Below the pieces are notes generated by a model. That model did no database searches. It was not told the origin of the DNA and was given only the letters and a program-made list of their open reading frames with translations. The translations under genes were made by a program, and so were the position numbers. This document shows positions 36,298 through 49,156 of a DNA stretch of 63,304 nucleotides, piece by piece; positions within the stretch are counted from its first letter, which is position 1; each line of letters opens with the position of its first letter. The DNA is from Octopus bimaculoides (lineage: Eukaryota): the NCBI RefSeq assembly GCF_001194135.2, contig NC_068991.1, positions 1,273,181 to 1,336,484 on the forward strand, given 5' to 3'.

Positions 36298-39200
36298 ATG
36301 TCTTTGATTCGGGTTGGAATCTGCGCTGGGATGACGGAGGATGTTGTCCAATCATTGAATACAGCAAATATACGGAACCTTGTGGAGTTTATTGATGCAG
36401 AACTGGAAGAATTAGTTCACACGTCAGGTATATCTTACAAGGTAAGATGAAAGTATAAACACACGTTCGCTTACACACACACGAAGGACCTTCCACACCA
36501 GCACTTAACTTTCTGGAAATAGTGGTCAAATTACCCTGAAAATACATTATATCACCATAAATACATAAAGGACGCCCGCGATAATGTAGTCCTGCTATAC
36601 TTAAAAACACGGGATAATCTTATCTTCCGGTTGTTAAACAACAGCAACAACGTGTTTGGCTGCCTTTACTAGGGTCGTCCTTTATAAATTTCTCTCTGCT
36701 TCTCTCTTTAACTACTTTAGTCTTTTATGGAACCAATTTCGAATTTATAATCTTAACAGATTTGATCACATGTGCATTTCGTTGTTGTGTGGATCCAGGC
36801 CAGATCTAATCGTGTCCCAATCATTTAAAATATTCCGTATTTACTCATTTTGTCTTCTATTCAGACGTGTATCTCGGACTACGTTATTTAACGTCTCCTT
36901 TCTTTTTTTTTTAAATAGACGTTAGTATGTGACTTGAAGAACTTGGCTACCATTTCTAATAGGACTAGCGACCACGAGGATGTGTTCTAATTTACAAAAT
37001 ATAATATGTATTGAATGTATCTTGTTTTATAGCTCTACGTTTATATACACTGATGGATGTATACAATACCATACACTCGGATCATCTCGAAGCAAATTTA
37101 ATTTTCTTTCACATGTGCCACGCCGCAGCACATCAGCAAATAGACTTCACTCTATTTGTATATAAATCCCAGACCAGCGATTCATTTCATTTTGCGATGA
37201 TCCAAGTACATGGTTAATACTTTGAAATGTATTAACTGAGGAAGGTATTGCATAATGGGTTGTATTTCCTATTATATATTACATCGATCTCACATGTGCA
37301 TATTAAATGCTTTCAAAATATCATTATTTGGTTTGACTTCATTGTTACAAGCTGATGTATTAATAGGAAGATAGATATAAGAGGAAACAAGAAAAATAAA
37401 ACAGCATTACTGATTCATATGCTTTTTATATTTCTTTGAATTGGTTACAAGACTGATTGAAGTGCTGAGAGTTTTGTGTATGGCGCTTATCGAATTGCCT
37501 TAAAATCCAAGGGCTTGTGACAGTGTGAATTACATTTAGTTACTAATCTCGTTACAAACAGTATTTTTAATTATTGGAATTTCTGTCTTTGTTCTGCAAT
37601 TATAGGAATTGGTGGCTTTAAGAAGAGTTGTACTTGCTGAATTCTCAGCTTTCCCACTGCAAGCATCAGACATTTATCGAAAACTCATAAAATCAGCAGC
37701 CATCTTGTGTACAGGTTGTGTCAGGTAAATTGTGCATTTCCATAAAACTTCTGAGACTCATTTCCTCTTAGAAGGAAGCTGGCAGTAGTTTCCAGATCTA
37801 CGTGGGTCACTGTCAGACCAGACCAGAGTCCAGCAGTTATTTTAGTTTTGGTGGGTGAGAGGAATTAGCTGATCGGCTTTTATTGAAATAAGGCAGCAAA
37901 CTGGCGGAATTGTTAACAATGCCAGGCAAAAGGCTCAGCGCCGTTTCGTCTGTCTTTATGTTCTGAGTTCAAATTCTGTCAAGTTTGACTTTGCCTCTCA
38001 CCCTTTCAGGTATGGATAGCATATGTACCAGTTGTGTACTGGGGTCAAGGTAATCGACTTACCCCCCACTGCCCCGAAATTGCTGGCCTTGTGCTGTAAT
38101 TTGAAAGCAATGTTTCTTATCTTTGGCAGAATCGTTAGCACGCTGGAGAAAATGCTTAGCAGCAGTTCATCTGTGTCTATGTTTTGAGTTCAAATTCCAC
38201 TGAGGTTGACTCTGCTCTTCACCCTTTCATTAAAATAAGTACCAGTTGAATACTAGGGTTAATGTAACCGACTCAGCCCCTCCCCTTAAATTGCTGGCTT
38301 TGTACCAAAATTTGAAACCAATGTTTCGTCGAAATAAATGGTGGTGGATAGATGTGGGACAAGTTTAGTTGTGGTGAGAGTGACAAGAAGTTGTATAACC
38401 CTAGGTTTGTCTGAATCCAGCAGACCTATGATAAAAGACATTCTATCCATGATCATCTCATCTTTTCAGATATAGTTTATCTCAAACATTATCCAATAGT
38501 GATCCTTTATCTTTATTAAAACAGATGGCTTGAGGTATAATTGGGTGCTACTTCTAGTAGGTAGAACGACCCGTTAAAGGCTCCCTCATGTATAAACATT
38601 CATGATGTGGTTTTGTGTCTGTTTGTAGGTTGGACCAATTACTTGATGGTGGATTATACACAGGAGAAATGACCGAAATTGTTGGTAGCAGTGCTGTTGG
38701 CAAGACACAGGTTGGAACTTCTCTCTGGAGTTGTCTTTTAAGACTCAATCACTCACATTCTGTTTTCAGACCTTCCTTCATGGTGCCTGGCTCTGCATTG
38801 GTTGCAACAATAAGGGTTCCAGTTGATCCGATCAACGGAATAGCCTGCTCGTGAAATTAACGTGCAAGTGGCTGAGCACTCCACAGGCACGTGCACCCTT
38901 AACGTAGTTCTCGGGGATATTCAGTGTGGCACAGAAGGGGGACAAGACTGGTCCCTTTGAATTACTGGTACTTCTCACTTTTAACTGCTGAGTGAACTGA
39001 AGTTACAAGAAATAGTGTCTTGCTCAAGGACACAATATGCTGCCGAGAATTGAACTTACAATCTTATGATCATGAGCCAAATACTCTGACCACTACCTCA
39101 TACACTCACACACACACACACGCATGCGCGCACACGCACACACACAGCATGTACACATTGACACATGTAAATATGTAAAGTAAAAAAACGAATGATGATA

Positions 39201-40056
39201 TAAGAGATTTTTTCTTCTTTCTATTTTTGTGTTTTGTTTCGATAGGTCTGTCTGAGTGTCGCAGCCAATGTTGCCAAGGAAACAAAACAGAATATTCTCT
39301 ATATTGATACATCAGCTTCCTTCAGTGCTGAGAGGATCAGCGAAATGGTTGCTGTTGAAGATGAAGAAACAGAAGAGGTATATGTTTCTAGATTAGCACC
39401 AGCATCACTACAACTAGCAGCACAACAAAAATATTTGGACTTTAGGACCTCGTAGAGCAGTGTTTCTCAACCAGTCCTTATGATCTTTGAGGGTCCATGT
39501 AAAATTTATTGGCAATAAATTGGTCATACTTCTACGAGACACAAAATTTTTAATACAATTCCTGATAATATTGAATTATAAATGTGTAATAGGAATTTTT
39601 GTGATATACATGAATGGCTGTGGAGGTCCAGCAGAGTAAAAGAGGAATGAAAGGGGTCCACAAGTAAAAAAAAAAGGTTGAGAACCTCTGCCCTGGTGCG
39701 TCAAACAAATGAAGGTCTGTGATAAGAAGTCAATTTTGGGGTTTCATATATATATTGCTCTGCTTTTATGTCTGTGAATCCCAAACCGATATTTACTGGC
39801 CCCCTCATTCTCCATCTCTAAACATCTGTCACACTGTTCTCACTTACCTACCCACTCACCCACCTTTTCAGTCCCTCTGTCCATATTCCTCTTTCCCATA
39901 TTCACATTGCACCTATTTGTGTGTGTGTGTGTGTGTGTGTGATGAGAAAATCAGCTGTGAATGTTCCTTGTGTTATGTTGTCTCCCTTTTCTTTCTGTTA
40001 TGTTTTCGTCTGGTTTCCATTTGCTTTTTCTCTTCTCCGTCTAACTTTTGAAATTA

Positions 40057-40107
<51 letters not shown>

Positions 40108-43100
40108 CTATATATCTATATATATATATAGAGAGAGAGAGAGAGACAGATAGATAGATAGTGGTTGGCATTAAAAAGGGCATCCTACTGTAAAAACCAT
40201 ACTAAAACAAATGCTGGGGCTTCACACATTTCTCTTACCGGTTGGATTGAGATCATCCTCTTCATGCTAGCATGGAATATGACCCCTAAGTGATTTATAT
40301 ATATGTATGTGTGTGTGCGTGTGTACGTACATAGTCTGTTAATGCTTCAGTGCTTTTTTTTCTTTTTCCTGTCTTTTAGAATCTGAAAGCTGTTCTCGGT
40401 CATATTCATTGTGCCAAAGTATTTAATGTGTTTGAATTATTTGAAGTCCTGGAAACCACAAGACAAGAGTTAATTAAACAGGTAACGGATTTTTAGCTGG
40501 TCAAGAATTAATCTTGTTTTTTTGACCAATGCCTGTTGTTACAGTCAGCTCTCCCTCTGCACCTCTCTACCCCCTCAAGTGTCCCTTTATCCATCTGTCT
40601 GGTGGAGCCTCACTTTGAAGATTCCAACACTCAGCAGTTGGTGATTAACCCCAGGTAAGCCTTGTTGAAACAGATTTATGGGCTAAGGCATTCCAGCCAT
40701 GACCATTCCAGTTTTTTTAACCCAAACATTTTGGATTACTTTATGCAACGTATGCTTTTCTTTTTTCAAAACAGTGATTTGAGGGAGACTTGTCTGCTAT
40801 TTTTAGCAAGTTAAATTTCGACATACAGGCAACTAAATTTTAGAATGTTGAAGCGATTCTCATTTAAATTCACTGTGCTGAAGTATTTAATGTGTTTGAG
40901 GGATTTTAAGTCTTGGAAACCACAAAACGAATATTTATTTTATTGACAGGCATGGCTCTGTGGTAACAAGCTTGCTTCCCAACCACACATGGTTCTAGGT
41001 TCAGTCCCACTATGTGGCACCTTGGGCAAGTGTCTTCTGCTATAGCCTCGGGCCGACCAAAGCCGTGTGAGTGGATTTGGTAGACGGAGACTAAAAGAAG
41101 GCCGTCGTGTGTATGTATGTAAATATATATATGTTTGTGTGTCTTTATAGATGAGGTTATGAGAAGAGATACTTGCTCAAGGTACCATGAAAGGAGATAC
41201 TTGCTCAAAGTGGCAAGGAACCATGGTGTGAACTTTTGAATCATGTAGCCCTGCATCCACCCATTTGTTGTTGATGTTTATCCCAGGTTAGCCATAATCT
41301 CTTAAACCTATGATTAAAGATGCTCCAGCTATGACCATCCCATTTTATTGTCAGACATAGTATATCTAGGACTACATTATCTAGTGTGTCTTTTGGTGGT
41401 GGTGTTTTGGCTTAGCCAATGGTCAATCCTGATCTTGCAGATTTATGATCAATGTAACCCTGACCTTTGACCTTTGCATATTTTATTTCAGATTCAGTGT
41501 ATCTAGCTCTACATTATGTAAAGTGTCCTTCTTTTCTTATCACTTTAAACGGACATTTGGCTGCTTTTTCCAGCAGGCCCAGCAACCACATACAGGCTCC
41601 CTTGGTGGTGTGTTGAGTTTTTAGTATTTAAAAAGAAAATTATGTCCCTTCTTATTTATTTATCCATTTCTTTTCAGAATTCCAGTTTCTTCAGTGGTCT
41701 TCGGTTAATTATCTGTGACAGTGTCTCAGCAGTTCTCTCCCCTCTCGTTGGAGGACATCAGACTCAAGGTAGGTAGACGAGCAGAGGTTGTTTTTTTGGC
41801 TATTATAGCTTCAGCTCAAATCTCTCTGTAGATGTTTTACTTTGGTCAGCACTCTGAGTATTCTTCATAACCATGTTAGTTAACCCTGCACCTAGTCTCC
41901 ACACTCCTCTGCTACTCCCTGGACTGTTCTTTAGATAGTCAATGCCTACAATGGTCTACTGTTAATTAGTATATTACTGGAATTAGCTACAAACACTTCA
42001 ACAGTACCTTGGGGGCTCATTTCATCATCATCATCATCAGTTAATCTCTGTTTTCAATCCTAGCATGGATTGGGATGTGTGAAAGGGGCTGGCAAACCAG
42101 AGAAGTACATAAGGCCCGACTTGTCTGCTTTGGTAAGGTTTCTAAGGCTGGATGCCCTTCCTAATGCCAACCACTTTAAAGACTGTACTGTGTGCTTTTT
42201 ACATAGCATCGGCACTGGGTTCATTTACTAATTAATTATGCTCTTAGTTAATATACTACAGCTGTGGCCACTACATTCCTATACAGGAGTTCACCACTCT
42301 AATCAGCCATTGTACAACCATTATACTTTCAGACTCACATCATACCACCCAACCACTACATAGTCACAACACAGCTTCTCATATTCTACATTCCTACACA
42401 GGTACCGCGCTCCTATCAATCAGATGTCTCCTCACAACCCCTGCACCACTGCAAACAATGACCACCACTCCTACATATTACACCACACCACTGCAATCAG
42501 CCACAACGCTCCCCCAGTCACCTGCCACTCTCCCTCTGCATTCCACTACGCCATCACCTTCACACTATTGTTACACAACTTCCACTACATCACTAGCAAC
42601 TGACCTCCTCCCCCCAACACTACATCTAACACCTTCTGTGGTTACCATTTGATTTCAGGTTACAGTCTGTTGGTCCAGGTGGCCCAGAAACTGAAGGCTC
42701 TCGCTCTTGAATACTCCCTGGCTGTGTTGGTAGGTGCCCTTTGTTCAGTGATCTATTTCTAGCAAATTGTTATGACCAGTTCAAGTAACAGTGTTATGAC
42801 TTCCTTGTGTTCAGGTCAAAAGACAGGATGATGGCCTCAGAATCATTAGTTTTGTTTTTATGTTTTGGTCAAGAAGTAAAGCAGTGTCTGTGACCCTGTA
42901 CTGGACTCTATGATTGGACTCTATGATTGTTGGGAGGGAAGGAGGAAGATCTTCTCAAACTGTAAACCTAGCCTGAATGCATGCAACAAACTAGAATCTG
43001 CTGAAGTAACCCAAGGTGGTTGGTGGTGGTGGTGGGGTTGATGGATGAAGTCCACTACTCAGCTAGGCTGTGGCTGTGGTGGGATTTGAACTTAGAAAAC

Positions 43101-44822
43101 AAATAGCTGGAACAAACACAGCCAGGCATTCAGTCTGCTGGATTTAGCCAATCCTCTCCTCTGTGTTGGTCCTTTTTTTAACGGACCTCAAAAGGTTGAA
43201 AGCTCAAGTTAACCTTGCAATATGGCATTGAAATTTTTGTTGCTTGTGACCTGGTCCCATACAATGTTGTCAGTGTTCAGGTCACAACTTGGAGTGACAA
43301 AATTTTTGACTCCAAGAAATCAATGTTTTAAATGAAGCAAAACAGTCTTTGTGGTTTCTGAATGGCTTCCATGCATTTTCCACTCTGCAATTGTTATCTA
43401 TTTCTTGATTTCACTTTATACTTGTCTCTCTATTTTTCTCTCTCTCTGTCATTATGTCTCTCTCTCTCTCTGTATTTGTGTATCTGTCTTTCTTTTTGTC
43501 TGTCTGTCTCTCTCAATCTGTCTGCTTTGTCTCTCTCTCTCCTCACACATTCTGTTTAATCCTCCACCAGGTGACCAACAATATAATTGGATCTGACCAG
43601 AGCCGACCAGTGGCCAGTCTAGGCAGGACATGGCAGTCTGTGCCCCACAATCGACTTCATCTCAACAGACAAACTGCAGCTCCATCCAATCTTGGTCAAC
43701 TGGTTGGTTCCATCACTATTTTGAAGAGTTGTCGTCAGGTAAATCTCCCAGATTGTCTCGTCGCTCCTGACCCTTCTCCCCACCCACACATCATTGATAG
43801 TGTTGTTTAGTCCCAGGTCAACTCTGATACAACCCTTCCCCCCCAGCTGTAGACAACCCCCATCTTTGTAGGAGTATATCTAAGACTACTTTACATCTAA
43901 GACTATTTTACTCATTTTCTTTTTGAGCGATAGGATTGTTTTGGGGGAAGCTTTAGCTGTTGTTTCTAGCAGGTTCTGTGACCATAAAACGGCTCCTTTG
44001 CAAAGAAACTGTATAGTTTAGTTCCCGGATATAAACTTCCATAGGTTCTCATCTATGTTGAGTCACTGTTCATATTGATAAGGGTTTTGTATGTTCCTTT
44101 TTTCCTGGTCCCAATTAACACTGCTGACCCTTGTGGAATCCGCACTCTGCTCATCCTTATGGGCTCCAACAGGAGCGTATTTTCTGCTGGTGCTCCAGCA
44201 TGGCTTTGGTTGTGTTGTTTAAAATGAAACAGGAAACTGAATAACTCTAGATAAGTGGGTTTTGGCATATTTAATAGGTTTTAAAGAACTAACTAGAAAT
44301 ACATATAAGTAGAGAGATATATGTATAGATATACATAACTGCGTGTGTGTGTAAGGTTACACTTACACAGGTACATTCGTGTTAGCAATAAAACCTCAGA
44401 TTTGAAGGTAAGTTCCTTCTACTATACAGTGGCCCCTCTTGATGCTGTAGCTCAACTAATAATATTAGAAGTTCATTATTTTGTGCTTTTTACTCTCTAC
44501 ACTATAGTGGTTCCTCTTGATAGCACAGCTCAACCAATAATGTTAAAGGCCCATTCTTGCATACTATGAAAAGCACCTGGTACACTGTGTAAAGTGATTG
44601 GCATTAGGAAAGACATCCAGCTGTAGAAAGCATGTCAGAACAGACTGCTAAAGCCAGTGGGGCCACCAGGTTGTGCTATGAAAGCTGATGACACCTTAGT
44701 CCTAACACTGTTATGTTTAGTGAAAAAGATATCATTAACAATAAATGTATCTATTTTATTTGTATTTTCAGCCAACTGGAATGTCTACAGAGTTTGAGAT
44801 TTCTTCATCTGGTCTTCAATGA
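36298..44822 (+). CDS. RAD51D: DNA repair protein RAD51 homolog 4 (RAD51 paralog D), 319 aa, 9 coding exons
   Basis: Exons 36298-36441, 37606-37724, 38629-38710, 39246-39377, 40380-40481, 41678-41768, 42659-42729, 43571-43738, 44772-44822, totalling 960 nt with consistent phases. [14 protein letters not shown]...[22 protein letters not shown] matches the RAD51D N-terminus. Also [27 protein letters not shown] (Walker A), [24 protein letters not shown] (Walker B) and [13 protein letters not shown]. Confidence 0.95.
39458..39690. mobile_element. hAT(Charlie)-like MITE in a RAD51D intron
   Basis: TIRs cagtgtttctcaacc / ggttgagaacctctg. The left flank tcgtagag resembles the Charlie NTCTAGAN target. 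Confidence 0.6.
40868..40929 (+). pseudogene. Decayed partial duplicate of RAD51D exon 5 inside intron 5
   Basis: attcactgtgctgaagtatttaatgtgtttgagggattttaagtcttggaaaccacaaaacga versus the exon's attcattgtgccaaagtatttaatgtgtttgaattatttgaagtcctggaaaccacaagacaa. The copy has an in-frame TAA. Confidence 0.8.
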
Positions 44823-45861
44823 AATGAAAGGAAAAGTCAAAGCAATGCTTACTGGAATCAAATTTTGGATCTTTGAATTCAATGGAGTTGTTAATTTATA
44901 CTTAACAGCTTGTGGTTTTGTATGACACTGTGTCCTTATGACAGGAAAACTCTCTGGAATACTACAGATGAGATGAGAGTGGTGCAAAGAATTTATTCTT
45001 CACCCTTACTGGGGTTTATGTACCAGTCATGTACTGGGGTAATGAATCTCAAATAATGAAGCTCAGGGAACACAACCTATTTATCTGACCTGGCACACAA
45101 ATAGATAATTTGGCTTGTTAAACCGGTTTAGACTTTATCCACATTTGATAATATTTCATATTTCACATAGAAATATAAATTGTAGCATTTTTCAAAACAA
45201 GTGCCTTTAGAAGGGATAGTGTTTCTTCATGTAAAATATTTGTAAATGAATTTTGTGTTTGGAATATAAAAGTGTATTGTAATATGAAATATGAACAGTG
45301 AATTATGGAACACTGTGAAGTTTAAACCATTGTGATATGTGAGGTACTGTGAAATGTGAAAGAAAGTGTAATATGAAACATTTTTTACATATTTCATTAT
45401 TTGACAATGTTATATATGAAGAGACACTGTGAAATATGAAACACTGAAATACAAGGTACTGTGGAATATGAAATATTATGGAAATATGAAAGACTCTGAA
45501 ACGTGTATTATTGTAAAAGCAGTGCCAAAGTTGACACACTGTAAAATATACAATGGTGTATATTCATAAAATATGCAATCTGTACATAACTGAGACCCAT
45601 TTGTTATTCTCAAACCCAAATCTTTCAGATTGAAAACCTGGAAGGATGAATGATTTTTTTTTTCTCTTCATTAAGAGTATGGGTTTACATCAAGAGTATA
45701 TGGACTGTGGCCATACTGGGGTACCACCTTCTAGAGTATAGCCAATTATGTTGACCACATTACATAAAATATAATGGCCTTGATAAAATGAAAGGCAAAA
45801 TGGACTCGGATGTGAATTTAGAATATAAAGAGGAGAGTAGCCAAATATCACAAGGTATTTA

Positions 45862-45922
45862 CTTTGACCATTTACCAAAGCAGTCTGACCATCTACCAAA
45901 GCAGTTTGACCATCTATCAAGG
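45862..45922. repeat. 21-bp tandem repeat, about 3 copies
   Basis: tgaccatttaccaaagcagtc / tgaccatctaccaaagcagtt / tgaccatctatcaagg. Confidence 0.7.
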
Positions 45923-46518
45923 TGGTTTTCAAGTTGCACTCTACTATTATCAAGGTAAGTTTGTCTTCAATAAAGGTACAGGTATGGTTGCATATCTAGA
46001 TGATTTGGGGGTTCACTTCTACTTCATGGTACCTCAGACATGTGTCTTCCACTAAAACCTAGCTCTAACTGTTGTCTTGTGGGTGAATATGGCAGATGGT
46101 AATCGCATGGAAGCCTGGTTTATATTTATGTGTGCCAGAGTGTGTACACGTTTGTGTTTGCCTTTCATCGTTAATGACCTGTGTTGTTTTGGTTACCCTT
46201 ATAACTTAGCAGTGTGACATAATCCAACCAATAGATTAAATACCAGGCTTACAATAAATTCCGGGGTTGATTTGATCAAATATACCCTTCTAGGCGATGC
46301 CCCAGTTTGGTTGCAGTCCTGACTGAAGTAAAAGAACATGCCAATTCATTTGACAAAAACTGTTCAAGGCAGTGCCCCAGCATGGCCGCAGTCTAATGAC
46401 TGAAACAAGTACAATAAGATATTTGCCATAAACGTATCACTGTCATCTTTATTTCATAATCTTTACTGAAATTCTATTTGACTTTCTTCATAGAAAGGAA
46501 GAGAGAGACTACTCTTAC

Positions 46519-46722
46519 CTGTTGTGCCAGAGTTGATTGCTGTTCTTCAGCCGCTCCAACACATCGCAGTTGTCCAAACATTGAAACCCTTCTTGTAAAA
46601 CATGCACTGATTCACAGAGACAGACCTCATGTGACATCGAGAGACACACTGCCTTGTTTATACTCTTGGCTACTCCAGGACTCAGATCAGCAACAGCTGA
46701 AAGATCAGATGTACTGGTAAAT
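46519..46722 (-). CDS. Orphan internal coding exon of an unidentified gene (FTSTSDLSAVADLSPGVAKSINKAVCLSMSHEVCLCESVHVLQEGFQCLDNCDVLERLKNSNQLWHN)
   Basis: Acceptor ttttcacag and donor AG|gtaaga bracket a 204-nt open, phase 2-2, non-repetitive exon. A possible terminal exon at 45637-45625 (ccttccag|G TTT TCA ATC TGA). Product not recognised. Confidence 0.5.
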
Positions 46723-47658
46723 CTGTGAAAATTCAAGTAATACTCAATGCAAGACAATGCAATTCAAAAGCTGAAATATATATATATATATATATATATA
46801 TATTTNNNNNNNNNNNNNNNNNNNNNNNNNNNNNNNNNNNNNNNNNNNNNNNNNNNNNNNNNNNNNNNNNNNNNNNNNNNNNNNNNNNNNNNNNNNNNNN
46901 NNNNNNNNNNNNNNNNNNNNNNNNNNNNNNNNNNNNNNNNNNNNNNNNNNNNNNNNNNNNNNNNNNNNNNNNNNNNNNNNNNNNNNNNNNNNNNNNNNNN
47001 NNNNNNNNNNNNNNNNNNNNNNNNNNNNNNNNNNNNNNNNNNNNNNNNNNNNNNNNNNNNNNNNNNNNNNNNNNNNNNNNNNNNNNNNNNNNNNNNNNNN
47101 NNNNNNNNNNNNNNNNNNNNNNNNNNNNNNNNNNNNNNNNNNNNNNNNNNNNNNNNNNNNNNNNNNNNNNNNNNNNNNNNNNNNNNNNNNNNNNNNNNNN
47201 NNNNNNNNNNNNNNNNNNNNNNNNNNNNNNNNNNNNNNNNNNNNNNNNNNNNNNNNNNNNNNNNNNNNNNNNNNNNNNNNNNNNNNNNNNNNNNNNNNNN
47301 NNNNNNNNNNNNNNNNNNNNNNNNNNNNNNNNNNNNNNNNNNNNNNNNNNNNNNNNNNNNNNNNNNNNNNNNNNNNNNNNNNNNNNNNNNNNNNNNNNNN
47401 NNNNNNNNNNNNNNNNNNNNNNNNNNNNNNNNNNNNNNNNNNNNNNNNNNNNNNNNNNNNNNNNNNNNNNNNNNNNNNNNNNNNNNNNNNNNNNNNNNNN
47501 NNNNNNNNNNNNNNNNNNNNNNNNNNNNNNNNNNNNNNNNNNNNNNNNNNNNNNNNNNNNNNNNNNNNNNNNNNNNNNNNNNNNNNNNNNNNNNNNNNNN
47601 NNNNNNNNNNNNNNNNNNNNNNNNNNNNNNNNNNNNNNNNNNNNNNNNNNNNNNNNNN

Positions 47659-47703
<45 letters not shown>

Positions 47704-47722
47704 TCATCATCATCATCATATA

Positions 47723-48617
47723 CGTGGTCTGATCAATAAGTATCCTGACTGTTGTTATAGTAATGAAACTAAAGTACACAGAGTGAAGCCACATGGCACA
47801 GATTCTCCTTGAACTCTGCTGTGCACGCGTACTAAGTTGTAACGTTCTAGCTTACTTCCGCTGTTTACAGCAGTGCTTGTAAGGAACGTGTGTAGCGTGT
47901 GATGGTCGCATTGGCCGTGACAGAGAAAGTTGAACAGAGAATCTGCATCAAATTTTGCCAAAAGCTTGGTAATACCTGCTCAGAGGCCTACGCAAAGTTT
48001 TCAAAGTGTTTTCATCGTTCTCAACACAATCAAGGAGATTTTGTGCAACTGAAACCCCAAGTGTTATTTTGGTCAGCTGAAAGCAGTTTTGCCACAAACT
48101 TGGCATTCGTGCGTCTCAAACCCAAATCTTCAGGGATAATGGACTGAACTGAACCGTAACTAATCTGAACATCCTCTAATAACACACGGATAATAATTCG
48201 ACGATTTACCCTCACAGTTGAACGCACATCTGTGATGTTTTTCTGAGTTCTGCTGGAGGCGGCTCTCCCAGAACGTTCATCAATATCGAGATTTTTCGAC
48301 CATCTTGGAAACATCTGAACCACTCGTACACTTGTGTGCGGCTCATACACTCCTCTCCATACACTTTCTGCAACTTTGCGTCGGACTCTAAGCAGGTATC
48401 ACCATGGCAGCTTTCCCTGTCATGGTCAATGCGATGTTCACTCGCTACACACCTCCCTTCGAAGCATTGCTGTAAATAGCGGAAGTGAGCTAGAATATTA
48501 AAACTTTGTGCGCATGCACAGCAGAGTTCAAGGTCAATCTTTGCCAAGAGGCTTCACTCTGTCTGCTTTAGCTTCGTTGCTATGGCAATAGTCAGGATAC
48601 TTATTGATCAGACCTTA
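47723..48617. mobile_element. Non-autonomous mariner derivative with about 270-bp inverted arms (two 5' ends)
   Basis: TIR ggtctgatcaataagtatcctgact at both ends with TA flanks. The + arm encodes EQRICIKFCQKLGNTCSEAY; the - arm encodes LQKVYGEECMSRTQVYEWFRCF..DERSGR..AKFVAKLL. Confidence 0.85.
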
Positions 48618-48645
48618 TGTATATATATATATGTATTTGTTGATA

Positions 48646-48705
<60 letters not shown>

Positions 48706-49123
48706 GATATAGTGTATAGGATATATACATGCATGTGTGTGCATAGGTTATATATGTGTGTATAGGATCTAGGTATTTATGTATGTGTGCATAAGCTATA
48801 TATGTGTTTGTGTATGTGTGTATAGGAGATATATATACATCCTTGTGTGTATGTATGTATGTGTATATCCATATAAGTTTTTATGATATACGCTGAAATT
48901 GTTATCAATGCAATAAAGGCATTTAATTTGGCCAATTAAAAATACGTCAGACATTTGGTGAATATAAACTAACAAAAAGCATACAAAAATAAACCTATAT
49001 CAGCCTCTCTTCAACTTGATTATTTTTATCAGCAGTCTTCGTTTTATTGCTTATTTCACTGCGTTGTTGACTCTTGCAGCTCTCTCTGAGTACTTTTCGT
49101 ATATAATTTAGTTTCGTTTTGCT

Positions 49124-49156
<33 letters not shown>

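Noticed and set aside
45625-45627. TGA of the orphan gene as a second Sec codon
   Set aside because: No redox motif context, another TGA follows four codons later, and no SECIS was recognised.
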